This document shows, in pieces, positions 1-8,810 of a DNA stretch of 64,000 bases. How positions within the stretch are numbered: position 1 is the first letter of the stretch; each line of letters starts with the position of its first letter. Position numbers and translations under genes: made by a program. The stretch comes from Candidatus Staskawiczbacteria bacterium. GTDB taxonomy: Bacteria; Patescibacteriota; Minisyncoccia; Minisyncoccales; Staskawiczbacteraceae. The stretch covers positions 76 through 64,075 of the forward strand of contig CAVZWH010000017.1 in NCBI GenBank assembly GCA_963778905.1, read 5' to 3'. The notes beneath the pieces were generated by a model that made no database searches, was not told where the DNA came from, and saw only the letters and a program-made list of their open reading frames with translations.

Positions 1-225
1 GGTCGCCCTTGTTTATGTTTGCGACGCCACAGTTTTGATAGGCAGTCGCGAAGCCAGGATCGAAGTAGATGGCAGTCTTACAAGCAGACAAGGCTTCGTC
101 AAAGTTGCCCTTGTCGATCTGTGCGGCGCTGAGGTCGGCATAGGCCGCCTCTTTTGTGTTTGCGAAGGGCTTTAGAAAAGTACTCAGATCAGCCGCCTTC
201 TTGAAATCGGCGATTGCGGCATGCC
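1..225 (-). pseudogene. TPR-repeat protein fragment. It has no start codon and runs off the window edge.
   Basis: The minus-strand frame is open from 268 to the window start. It translates to ...FWHAAIADFKKAADL...KEAAYADLSAAQIDKGNFDEALSACKTAIYFDPGFATAYQNCGVANINKGD, a typical 34-aa TPR pattern. There is no ATG/GTG/TTG between the upstream stop (269-271) and the homology. The segment is visibly GC-richer than the rest of the window. Confidence 0.5.
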
Positions 226-871
226 AAAATCCGCAAGACCGCGAGAGAGGTATTGGACATCTGATAGTTTATGGCAAGGAATTGCAAACGAGGGTGGGGT
301 TATGATGAAAAATGGAAAGAAGCCAGAAAGACTTTTGCAGAGGATTTTAGATATTGCAAGTGATAAAAACGACATTATTTTAGATTTTTTTGCAGGGGCA
401 GGAACGACTGGGGCGGTTGCTCACAAAATGGGTAGAAGATATATTTTGATTGAGCAAATGGATTATATCCACGATCTACCAGAACAGAGGTTGATAAATG
501 TTATTAAGGGTGATCAAACAGGAATTTCAAAGGCAGTGGGGTGGAATGGTGGTGGGAGTTTTATTTATACAGAGCTTTTGGAATGGAATCAAAAATATAT
601 CAGCCAACTTGAAAAAGCCAAAACCCAAAAAGAAATTTTAGATATTTATAAAAAGATTGAAAAAGAAAAGTTTTACAAACCCGAATATGAGCCTAAAAAC
701 TTTGATTTAAAAAAATTTCAAGAGCTTGATTTGAAGAAGCAAAAGGAAGTTTTAATTGATATTTTAGATATGAATCATCTTTATGTTAATAAATCCAGTA
801 TGGATGATACTACTTTTAAAGTTAGCGAGAGCGATAAGAAACTAACTACTATGTTTTACAAAGAAAAATAA
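221..871 (+). pseudogene. mod: Type III R-M methyltransferase (Mod), C-terminal fragment only
   Basis: It contains the SAM-binding motif I region KPERLLQRILDIASDKNDIILDFFAGAGTTGAVAHKMGRRYILIEQ, typical of beta-class N6/N4 MTases. It is immediately followed by a Res gene with a 1-nt gap. At 216 aa it is much shorter than typical Mod proteins, and the catalytic (D/N)PPY region and target-recognition domain are absent. Confidence 0.75.
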
Positions 872-872
872 A

Positions 873-3482
873 ATGGAGGAAACAAAGCTATCAGTTGAAT
901 ACAGCTCCCTTGAAAAAAGGAATAAGATTTCAAGGGAAATTCCGACAAGTATTTTAGATAATCTAAATCCTAAATTTGAATTACGAGAATATCAAATTTC
1001 GGCAATTGCAAGATTTATTGAATACTTTGAAAACGAGCAAGAAAAGCCGTTGCCTATACAGTTGCTTTTTAATATGGCGACTGGGAGCGGAAAGACTTTT
1101 TTGATGGTTGCTTTTATGCTTTATCTTTACGAAAAAGGTTATAGGCATTTTGTTTTTTTTGTTGATAAGACAAATATCATTAAAAAAACAATTGATAATT
1201 TTTTAAATAAGAAATCATCAAAATACCTTTTTGCAGATAGAATATTTATTGACGGGGAGGAAATTCTGATTAAGCAGACTGAAAACTTTTCAAAGAATGA
1301 AAGGGAGAATATAAACATTCATTTCAATACCATTAGCGGATTACATAGCAAGTTAAATAGCCCGCAACAGGATTATATGACTTTTGATGATTTCAAGAAA
1401 TATAAGACAGTTTTTATATCTGATGAAGCCCATCATATTAACGCTTTAACAAAAAATAGATTATCAAAATCAGAGGAGGAGGAAAAAAAATCTTGGGAAT
1501 ACACAGCAAACAAATTAGTAAATTCAAGAGAAGATAATGTTTTGCTTGAATTTACAGCCACGATTGATTGGAAAAATCCGCAGATTTTTGATAAATATAA
1601 AGACAAGGTTTTGATGGAGTATGATTTAAAGAAATTTAGAGAAGATAAATTTTCAAAAGATGTTTTCTTATTTCAATCAGACTCTGTAATAACGGAAAGG
1701 ATGTTGCAGGCAGTTATTATCTCCCAATACAGAAGAAAAGTTGCTGAAAAAAATAAAATACCATTGAAGCCAGTGATATTAATGAAATCGGACAAGATAG
1801 ATAAATCAAAGATAAATTATGAGTTATTCGTTGGGTTGATTAAGAATTTAAAAGTAAAAGATATAAAAAATATTAGAAGAGTTGCTGAAAAAGTAAAAGA
1901 AGACGATAATATTTTAAAAAACGCCTTCAAATTTTTTAATGAGCAGAAAATAGATGATTCTGATTTGGTAAAAGAAATAAAAGTTGAGTTCAACGAAGAT
2001 AGGTTGATTGAGGTTAATAGCAAAGATGAGAGCGAGGAAAAACAAGTATTAATAAATAGGCTTGAAGACAGTGATAACGAAATAAGGGTTGTTTTTGCTG
2101 TTGATATGCTGAATGAGGGTTGGGATGTTTTAAATCTGTTTGATATAGTCCGTTTATACGGCACAAGAGACAGTGGAAACCCGACGATACAAGAGGCTCA
2201 ATTAGTAGGGAGAGGGGCGAGATATTTTCCTTTTTATTTGAATAATCCCGACGAGAAATTTATTAGAAAATTTGATGATGAAGCGAATAATGAATTAAGG
2301 GTTGTTGAGCAATTGCATTTCCATAGCATACAAAATCATAGGTATATTTCTGAATTAAGAAAAGCACTTGAAGAGGGCGGAATTATGAGAAAAAGCGGAA
2401 CGGAAAAGAAATTAACAGTTAAGGATTCTTTTAAAAACACAAGGTTTTACAAGAAGGGTGTTTTATGGAAAAACAAAAGAATTATAAATAAAAAAGAAGG
2501 CGTAAAATCAATAAATGAATATATAAACAAAGATAAAACTTATAAACTAAACATTGAGTCATCCGTAAATATAAATATGGTTGCAGGATTTGGGAGGGCG
2601 GTGATACAGCAAAAAAACGAGACGATGGAATTTAAGAAGATCAATGAGCTACCAAAGCACATTGTGAGGAAAGCGTTAGACAGATTTCCATTTTTTAACT
2701 TTGACAATTTGTCTTCCTATTTTCCGCACATAAAATCAATTGACGACTTTATAGCGAACGGAAATTATCTTGGCGGTATTACATTAGAGATTACGGCGTC
2801 CGAGCAGGATCATCCCGCAAATGTTTTATTTCGGAAGCTCATAGGTGCGGTTGAAGCTATTAAGAACGACATAAAGGCAAATTCATCAAAATATAAAGGC
2901 ACAAAAGAGTTTGAATCTATTTTAGTCAAAGAAACTGTTATAGATAAAGAATTAATAATAAGCGAGCCGAAGCAAGGATCAATGCAGGAGAGGGGGCTTT
3001 CTATGAGTTCAGCACAATCTTCAACGGGCTTAGCAACTGGTATTCCGCTTAATTTAGCAAACGAGGATTGGTATGTTTATAGTGATGACTATGGAACTGA
3101 TGAGGAAAAATATTTGGTAAGATTTATTTACGATATTAAAGGCAAGTTGCTAAAATCCTTTAAAGAAGTTTATTTAATAAGGAATCAAAAACTTTTGGAA
3201 TTATTTAGCTTTAAAAGGGGAGATCGGTTTGAGCCAGATTATATTTTAATGCTTGGCGATGGCAAGACAAAAGCGGTTTATTTACAGCTATTTATTGAGG
3301 CGAAGGGGCAACAATTAGAGGCAGTAGACGAATGGAAGCAGGAATTTTTATTAGAAATTAAAGAGCAGAAACAGATAGTTAATCTGTTTGAGGATGATAA
3401 ATACAAAATTTTAGGATTACCATTTTTTCAAGAAAATCAAAAAGCTAATTTCAAGGATAAATTAGAAGAAATATTGACTTGA
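873..3482 (+). CDS. res: Type III restriction enzyme Res subunit (SF2 helicase-nuclease)
   Basis: It has a Walker A motif (NMATGSGKTF), a DEAH-type motif II (FISDEAHHINA) and helicase C motifs (VDMLNEGWDV, QLVGRGAR). It is 869 aa and adjacent to the Mod fragment. Confidence 0.85.
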   Translation: MEETKLSVEYSSLEKRNKISREIPTSILDNLNPKFELREYQISAIARFIEYFENEQEKPLPIQLLFNMATGSGKTFLMVAFMLYLYEKGYRHFVFFVDKTNIIKKTIDNFLNKKSSKYLFADRIFIDGEEILIKQTENFSKNERENINIHFNTISGLHSKLNSPQQDYMTFDDFKKYKTVFISDEAHHINALTKNRLSKSEEEEKKSWEYTANKLVNSREDNVLLEFTATIDWKNPQIFDKYKDKVLMEYDLKKFREDKFSKDVFLFQSDSVITERMLQAVIISQYRRKVAEKNKIPLKPVILMKSDKIDKSKINYELFVGLIKNLKVKDIKNIRRVAEKVKEDDNILKNAFKFFNEQKIDDSDLVKEIKVEFNEDRLIEVNSKDESEEKQVLINRLEDSDNEIRVVFAVDMLNEGWDVLNLFDIVRLYGTRDSGNPTIQEAQLVGRGARYFPFYLNNPDEKFIRKFDDEANNELRVVEQLHFHSIQNHRYISELRKALEEGGIMRKSGTEKKLTVKDSFKNTRFYKKGVLWKNKRIINKKEGVKSINEYINKDKTYKLNIESSVNINMVAGFGRAVIQQKNETMEFKKINELPKHIVRKALDRFPFFNFDNLSSYFPHIKSIDDFIANGNYLGGITLEITASEQDHPANVLFRKLIGAVEAIKNDIKANSSKYKGTKEFESILVKETVIDKELIISEPKQGSMQERGLSMSSAQSSTGLATGIPLNLANEDWYVYSDDYGTDEEKYLVRFIYDIKGKLLKSFKEVYLIRNQKLLELFSFKRGDRFEPDYILMLGDGKTKAVYLQLFIEAKGQQLEAVDEWKQEFLLEIKEQKQIVNLFEDDKYKILGLPFFQENQKANFKDKLEEILT

Positions 3483-3549
3483 TAGCATTTTGATTTTTTG
3501 GTAATGTTAGATTATAAGATAAATACAAATAATTTTTAAATTAAATAAT

Positions 3550-3816
3550 ATGGCTATTACAAGAATACCATCTGCCGATCCACAAAATCCTAATCCGACA
3601 GAACTCTCATTAACCTTTAATAATGGTGATTTTATGGCGTTAAGAGATACTGCCAGAAGATTAGGATTTACAAGTGAAGAGGCTATGATTCGTTTTGCAT
3701 TGGCGGTCTTGTCTCAATCGGCAACAACATCTCTGACTATAATAAATATGAATGGTGCTAAAATTAGTTTGAATCCGTCAGAAGGGTTGTTGAGACTCAA
3801 TAATCCTCCCACATAA
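3550..3816 (+). CDS. Hypothetical small protein (possible ribbon-helix-helix-like)
   Basis: This is an 88-aa ORF in the same orientation as res. The segment ALRDTARRLGFTSEEAMIRFALAVL resembles RHH/CopG helices. The call is weak. Confidence 0.35.
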   Translation: MAITRIPSADPQNPNPTELSLTFNNGDFMALRDTARRLGFTSEEAMIRFALAVLSQSATTSLTIINMNGAKISLNPSEGLLRLNNPPT

Positions 3817-3819
3817 TAT

Positions 3820-4200
3820 ATGCCAAAGGAAAACATAAAAACAGATTTTAATGTGGAGGAGATTACAAAAACCACCGAGCAACACGAAAAAAGTATTTCT
3901 GAATTTAATACTCGCATTTCTGATTTAGAAAATAAACTATCTAATCCCGAGCAATTGGCAAATGTCATTGAAACTGCTACAAAAGATTCAAAAAAACTTG
4001 ATAAGATTTTTTCTTCTATATTTTGTGAGATGATAAATAAAGATGAAGATGTTAAAAATGCAATTAAAGGAAGAATAGATAATATTGATCGGGGAGCTGT
4101 ATTTTCAATTCTAAAAAAATGGGGAGAATTTGTTTATGCTGTGATACTTATAACTATTGGAGCTATAATTACACTTGTTATTTCAAGATTTTCAAAATAA
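3820..4200 (+). CDS. Hypothetical coiled-coil protein with a C-terminal TM helix
   Basis: It is 126 aa. A hydrophobic stretch (FVYAVILITIGAIITLVI) lies at the C-terminus. It starts 4 nt after the previous ORF. Confidence 0.4.
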   Translation: MPKENIKTDFNVEEITKTTEQHEKSISEFNTRISDLENKLSNPEQLANVIETATKDSKKLDKIFSSIFCEMINKDEDVKNAIKGRIDNIDRGAVFSILKKWGEFVYAVILITIGAIITLVISRFSK

Positions 4201-4292
4201 AGAAGCATTTTAAAATACGCCTTTAAAGCGTTTTTTTGCTGAAAATGGTAATCTAAAATAATAGATTCTAAAAAAGTAATGAAAAAAGTAAA

Positions 4293-5072
4293 ATGGATAA
4301 AGAGGTAGAACTAAAAGACGGAAGAAAAATTAAGACGACTTGCTCAACCAAAGGACAGGAAAAACTTTTTAATTATTATGTGGAAATATCTAAAACAGAT
4401 TATTTTCAAAACACGATATTAGATTTAAGAAAAAGATATAAAATACCAGAGATGGGTTTTAAATTACCAGACACATCTGATCTTTTATCAATTTTCAAAG
4501 AACCCGAAGATTGGAAGAATCAATTCAATAAGACAAAAGACAGTGCTACTAAACAATATTCCGAACTGTTGGGGGAGCTAAAACAGCTATGCAAAAAATA
4601 TAATTTGCATTATGCTGACTGGATGTATATTTTAAATGCTTATTTGTTTTATAATGTATTGATAAATTTTATATCCCCAAATATGTTTAATATGTGTCAG
4701 ATAAACGATTTGGCGAAAGAAAAAAAAGAACCGCCCGCCTTAGATAATATAATAAGCAACGACCAATTTTATCCGATTGCGTTAAGGATAAGTCCATACG
4801 CCACTAAGAGGGATATTTTGGACTATGTTAATAAAAGATTTTCATTGATTAAGAAATATCAAGAACCTTATATAAAAACAGATGTTAAAATTGGGAAAAT
4901 AAAAAAGAAAAAAAAGAAAATACAGGAAAGAAATGATTTTATTTACGAAAATAAGAATTTGAGTATAAGTGAAACCAAAAAACTGGTTGAAGAGAAGTTT
5001 GGCGAGAGTTTGGATTATGAGTATATCGGCAAGATACGATCCGATGAAATGCAAAAGCGAAAAGAACTGTAA
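4293..5072 (+). CDS. Hypothetical protein
   Basis: It is 259 aa and Lys-rich, with no motif I recognise. Confidence 0.4.
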   Translation: MDKEVELKDGRKIKTTCSTKGQEKLFNYYVEISKTDYFQNTILDLRKRYKIPEMGFKLPDTSDLLSIFKEPEDWKNQFNKTKDSATKQYSELLGELKQLCKKYNLHYADWMYILNAYLFYNVLINFISPNMFNMCQINDLAKEKKEPPALDNIISNDQFYPIALRISPYATKRDILDYVNKRFSLIKKYQEPYIKTDVKIGKIKKKKKKIQERNDFIYENKNLSISETKKLVEEKFGESLDYEYIGKIRSDEMQKRKEL

Positions 5073-5674
5073 TACAGAAATTTTCCGAAGCACATAAAAA
5101 TCCTTATACAGGAAAGTGAAAAAGAATTAGCCTGAAATAAACAGGCTTTTTGCTTACAGAAAAGCCAGCAATGGCGGATGATAACAGAAGAAACACTAAT
5201 AAACCCAAAAGTTAGAGAAGCTCCCAATGTGAGCCGTGCTTTGATTACTAAAAAAGATAAGAAGAAAAAAACAAAATTAAAGCTTAATAGCTGGGTATAT
5301 ACGCCAGATGAAAAAAGATTTGGTTTGGCATTGGAGTTTTTGGCAAGAGATTTCAATGCAGGGCGTGGGAGTAAATAATCAAATGATTGTTTGTTTTTAC
5401 AATTGTTGTCGGAAAAAGGGGTAATTTAGGTGGGGTAGTTTATTTACTATGGATTATGTGCTATAATTAAAGCGTTAAGGTTAATCAATTCAGCAAGAGG
5501 ATTTTATTTGTATAATCAAATAGAATACTAAGAGGGGCTGGAAGTTGGTTAACCTTAACAATTAACCTTTTGCTTTCCAGTCCCTTTTAGTATGTAAAAA
5601 AATTAACAGCAAATTTATAGGTTTTAAAGTTTTACTGGTTAATCCTTTGGAATTTATCAATTTGCAAAAATGTA

Positions 5675-6199
5675 ATGAAAGTAGCAATATATTGCAGAGT
5701 TAGCACAAACGAGCAAAATTTGGATAATCAGACATTAGAATTAAAAGATTATTGCAAAAGAAATAATTATGAGATAGCGGGGGAGTATTGCGATAAAATT
5801 TCGGGAACGAAAACCAGCAGACCAGAATTAGATAAAATGTTGCAGGATATGAGAAATAAGAATTTCCAGGCGGTTATAGTTTGGAAGTTTGACAGACTTG
5901 GAAGAAGCACGGCTCATTTATTGCAGGTTTTAGAGGAATTGAAGAATAGAAAAATCCGCTTAATTGCCACATCACAAAATATTGATACAGATACCGCTAT
6001 GGGCAAATTCTTTTTTACGATTCTTTCGGGCTTTGCAGAAATGGAAAGGGAAATTATAAAAGAAAGAATAAATTTGGGTTTGTTAAGAGCGAAAAAGGAA
6101 GGAAAAAAATTAGGACGCCCATTTGGATCAAGGGATATAAAATACAGAAAAAAATCGGGCTATTTGTTAAGATGGCAAAAAGAAAAAGTTTTAAACTAA
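5675..6199 (+). CDS. Small serine recombinase (resolvase/invertase family)
   Basis: The N-terminal catalytic region MKVAIYCRVSTNEQNLDNQ matches the family. It also has VWKFDRLGRS and a C-terminal GRPFGS segment. Confidence 0.85.
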   Translation: MKVAIYCRVSTNEQNLDNQTLELKDYCKRNNYEIAGEYCDKISGTKTSRPELDKMLQDMRNKNFQAVIVWKFDRLGRSTAHLLQVLEELKNRKIRLIATSQNIDTDTAMGKFFFTILSGFAEMEREIIKERINLGLLRAKKEGKKLGRPFGSRDIKYRKKSGYLLRWQKEKVLN

Positions 6200-6203
6200 A
6201 AAT

Positions 6204-7715
6204 ATGAAAGTTTCTATATATGCCAGAGTTAGCTCTGACCAGCAAAAAGAAAAAGAAACAATAAACTCCCAATTAGCAGAATTAAGGGATATTTGCCAAA
6301 GAAAGAATGATACAATCGTAAAAGAGTATATTGACGATGGATGGAGCGGTGAAACATTAGCCAGACCAGGATTAGACGAATTAAGGGATGACGCCGATAG
6401 GGGTATTTGGAATGTTTTGTATATTCTTTGCCCAGACAGGCTCGGCAGAGATCATATTGATCAAGGTATTGTTTTAAGGGAGTTAAAAAAGCGGGGAGTG
6501 CAAGTTGTTTTTAAGGACGCCCCGCTTACAGAAGATAATAAGTTGCAGAAGGATATTGAGAGCTTATTGGGAGAATACGAAAATAAGCAACGCAGAGAAA
6601 GAACCAGAAGGGGAAAATTACATCACGCCAAAGAGGGAAAAATAGTGCAATCAATAGCTCCTTTTGGATATAAATTTGAAAGATTAGAAAAAGAAAAAAA
6701 GATTATTATAAATCCAGATGAGGCAAAAATTGTAAGGCTGATTTTTGAATTGTATTTACAACATCAAAGCACAATGAAAGTCGGGGAAGAACTTTTGACA
6801 AGGGAAATTAAAACAAGGTTTGGGAACGAATTTACTCCCAAAAAAGTTTCAAAAGTTTTAGCCGAAAATACATACACGGGTATTTGGCATTATGGAATGC
6901 GTGAAAATGTTGAGCCGAAGACCAGAAAGAAGAAATTTTATAAGCATTTAAAAACGGGCTATAAATTTAAAAATGACTGGATAAAATATGAAATTCCGAT
7001 AATTATTGATACTGCTACATTTGAGCGAGTGCAGGAATTAAGGAAAAAACGCTATCGTCTGTATGGCAATACTAAGTTTTATTATATGGTTGCAGGCTTA
7101 TTGCAGGGCAGTTGCGGTGAAAAAATGCACGGACAGGGATTTACATCTCACGGCATTTACAAATATGGTTATTATGTCTGCTACAAGTGCCACAAAAGAA
7201 TAAATAGGGAGGAATTTGATGATTTTATATGGGAGGAAGTAAAAAAGGCAATTCAGAATCCAAAAACGCTGATGAAATATGTTTCGCACCTTAATGATAA
7301 TAGCGGGGCAGAACCGCTTAATGCTTTGAGGGGAGAGCTTTTGCTAAAATTGAAACATACAGAGCAGAAAAGCACCGAGCTTTGGCAGATTTGGGATAAG
7401 GGAGGAATTGATAGGGATATTCTAACTAAAAAAATATCAGAATACGCCCAAAAAGAGAAGAATTTTAAAAAAGAAATCCAGGATGTTGAGATGAGGTTGC
7501 AACAAACGGGAAAAAAGGATATAATATACAATACATTAAAGTCCTTTTCAAGAACGGCTGGAACGCAGTTAGACCGATGGAATAAAGAACAAAGGAAAGA
7601 TTTTTTGAAGCTTATACTAAATTACATAACCTATAACCACGAAACGGGAGCAGTTGATATTGATGGTATAGTGCCAGGTAGGGAGATAGACTTATTAAAT
7701 TTAAATTTGAAACCT
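6204..7715 (+). CDS. Large serine recombinase (about 504 aa). It has no stop codon of its own, and the ORF continues in frame into greA.
   Basis: The N-terminal region MKVSIYARVSSDQQKEKETINSQ matches, as does PDRLGRD. The recombinase domain is followed by a Cys-rich zinc-ribbon region (CGEKMHG...YYVCYKCHKR) and a coiled coil. The ORF-track entry 6204..8168 has no stop before the greA ATG at 7716. Confidence 0.85.
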
Positions 7716-8168
7716 ATGGTTCAATATTTTACAAAAGAAGGACTGCAAAAACTTAAGGATGAGTTGCATGAATTAAAGACAACCAAAAATAAAGAAATTG
7801 TTAAGCTAATTGCTGAAGCAGCTGCTTTTGGAGACCTAAAAGAAAATTCTGCGTATCACGACGCAAGAGACAAAATGTCTTTTTTGAGGATGAGAATTAA
7901 GGAATTGGAAGGAGCAATTAATGAGGCAATGGTTAAAGAAAAAGATGGAACAAATAAAATTCAAATTGGTTCGGAAATTAAAATTTTGTTTGATGGAGAA
8001 GAACAAAATTATCAGGTTGTAGCTCCAAGCGAAGCGGATATTTTGAAAAATAAAATTTCTTATCATTCGCCGTTAGGACAGAATTTAATTGGCAGAGAAG
8101 TTGGAAAAGAATTTGATTTTATGGCGGGAAATAAAAAAGTAAAAGTGAAAATTTTAGAGATAAAATAG
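7716..8168 (+). CDS. greA: Transcription elongation factor GreA (full length, 150 aa)
   Basis: MVQYFTKEGLQKLKDELHELK...FGDLKENSAYHDARDK...SPLGQNLIGREVG aligns end to end with canonical GreA by eye. Confidence 0.9.
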   Translation: MVQYFTKEGLQKLKDELHELKTTKNKEIVKLIAEAAAFGDLKENSAYHDARDKMSFLRMRIKELEGAINEAMVKEKDGTNKIQIGSEIKILFDGEEQNYQVVAPSEADILKNKISYHSPLGQNLIGREVGKEFDFMAGNKKVKVKILEIK

Positions 8169-8238
8169 GGCCCGTGGTATAGTGGCAACACATCTCGTTT
8201 GCAACGAGAAGCTGGGAGTTCGATTCTCCCCGGGTCCA
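8168..8238 (+). tRNA. tRNA-Ala (anticodon UGC)
   Basis: It folds as a cloverleaf. The acceptor is GGGCCCG/CGGGTCC with the G3:U70 Ala identity pair. The anticodon stem is TCTCG/CGAGA with loop TTTGCAA, and the T-arm is GGGAG-TTCGATT-CTCCC. No CCA is encoded. The first base overlaps the greA stop codon. Confidence 0.85.
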
Positions 8239-8388
8239 CTTTCATAATTTTAATCCAAAATTTTGGATTAAAATTAGAAATAGGTTCGGGTGAGATTGAG
8301 AACTCCCAGGCCCCGAATTGCGAGCCCGCTTGCAAGCGGGCGAGGCAATGCCTTCGGGCAACTCAGTGAGATTCTCCCCGGGTCCACT
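8222..8388 (+). repeat. A 19-bp perfect direct repeat of the tRNA-Ala 3' end (8222-8240 and 8370-8388) brackets a 129-bp GC-rich hairpin-rich spacer
   Basis: GATTCTCCCCGGGTCCACT occurs twice. The second copy lacks a 5' T-stem partner, so it is not a second tRNA. Confidence 0.8.
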
Positions 8389-8399
8389 AATCAAAAAAA

Positions 8400-8807
8400 A
8401 TGCCAAAAATATTGTCAGGTTTTAAAAATTTTATATTGCGAGGAAATGCAGTTGACTTAGCGGTTGGAGTTGTGATTGGAGCTTCGTTTGGAACAGTTGT
8501 AACTGCATTGGTAAAAGATTTGCTTACTCCGTTTATAGGAGCTATTGCAAAAGTGCCAGATTTTTCCGGACTAAGTTTTACATTAAACGGCAGTATATTT
8601 AAATATGGCGAGCTGATAAATGCTTTAATATCATTTTTCCTGGTTGCAGTCGCCATTTATTTTTTTGTAATATTACCAATGAATGCTTTATTGGCCAGAA
8701 CAACAAAGCCAAAAGCAGTCACAGCAAAAAAATGTCCCGAATGCCTTAGTGAAATTCCTGTTGATGCAAAACGTTGCGCCCATTGCGGGCAAGTAGTTGT
8801 AAAATAA
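8400..8807 (+). CDS. mscL: Large-conductance mechanosensitive channel MscL with a C-terminal CxxC...CxxC zinc-ribbon tail
   Basis: FKNFILRGNAVDLAVGVVIGASFGTVVTALVKDLLTPFIG matches the MscL N-terminus and TM1. The tail is KKCPECLSEIPVDAKRCAHCG. Confidence 0.85.
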   Translation: MPKILSGFKNFILRGNAVDLAVGVVIGASFGTVVTALVKDLLTPFIGAIAKVPDFSGLSFTLNGSIFKYGELINALISFFLVAVAIYFFVILPMNALLARTTKPKAVTAKKCPECLSEIPVDAKRCAHCGQVVVK

Positions 8808-8810
8808 ATT

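Larger units (their letters stand above)
221..7715. mobile_element. Putative integrated island (type III R-M remnant, small ORFs and a serine recombinase pair) abutting the greA 5' end. The left boundary is uncertain.
   Basis: The recombinases sit at the right edge directly against an intact housekeeping gene. The accessory cargo includes a truncated mod at the left junction. Confidence 0.4.

Noticed and set aside
1817-2164. Numerous 60-120-aa antisense ORFs in the track (for example 1817..2164, 7253..7531, 31055..31357 and 50524..50886)
   Set aside because: All lie antisense within longer motif-bearing genes. They have Phe/Ser/Leu/Ile-rich compositions typical of AT-rich antisense frames.
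8063-8335. 90-aa minus-strand ORF across greA and tRNA-Ala. The same reasoning applies to 24380..24589 across tRNA-Trp.
   Set aside because: These ORFs are antisense or overlapping to tRNAs and conserved genes and show no motif.
8276-8391. Possible second tRNA or tmRNA-like gene ending in the duplicated ...GATTCTCCCCGGGTCCA
   Set aside because: No 5' acceptor strand or T-stem partner (GGGAG) is present, and the segment is far too short for tmRNA. I interpret it as an att-like duplication instead.
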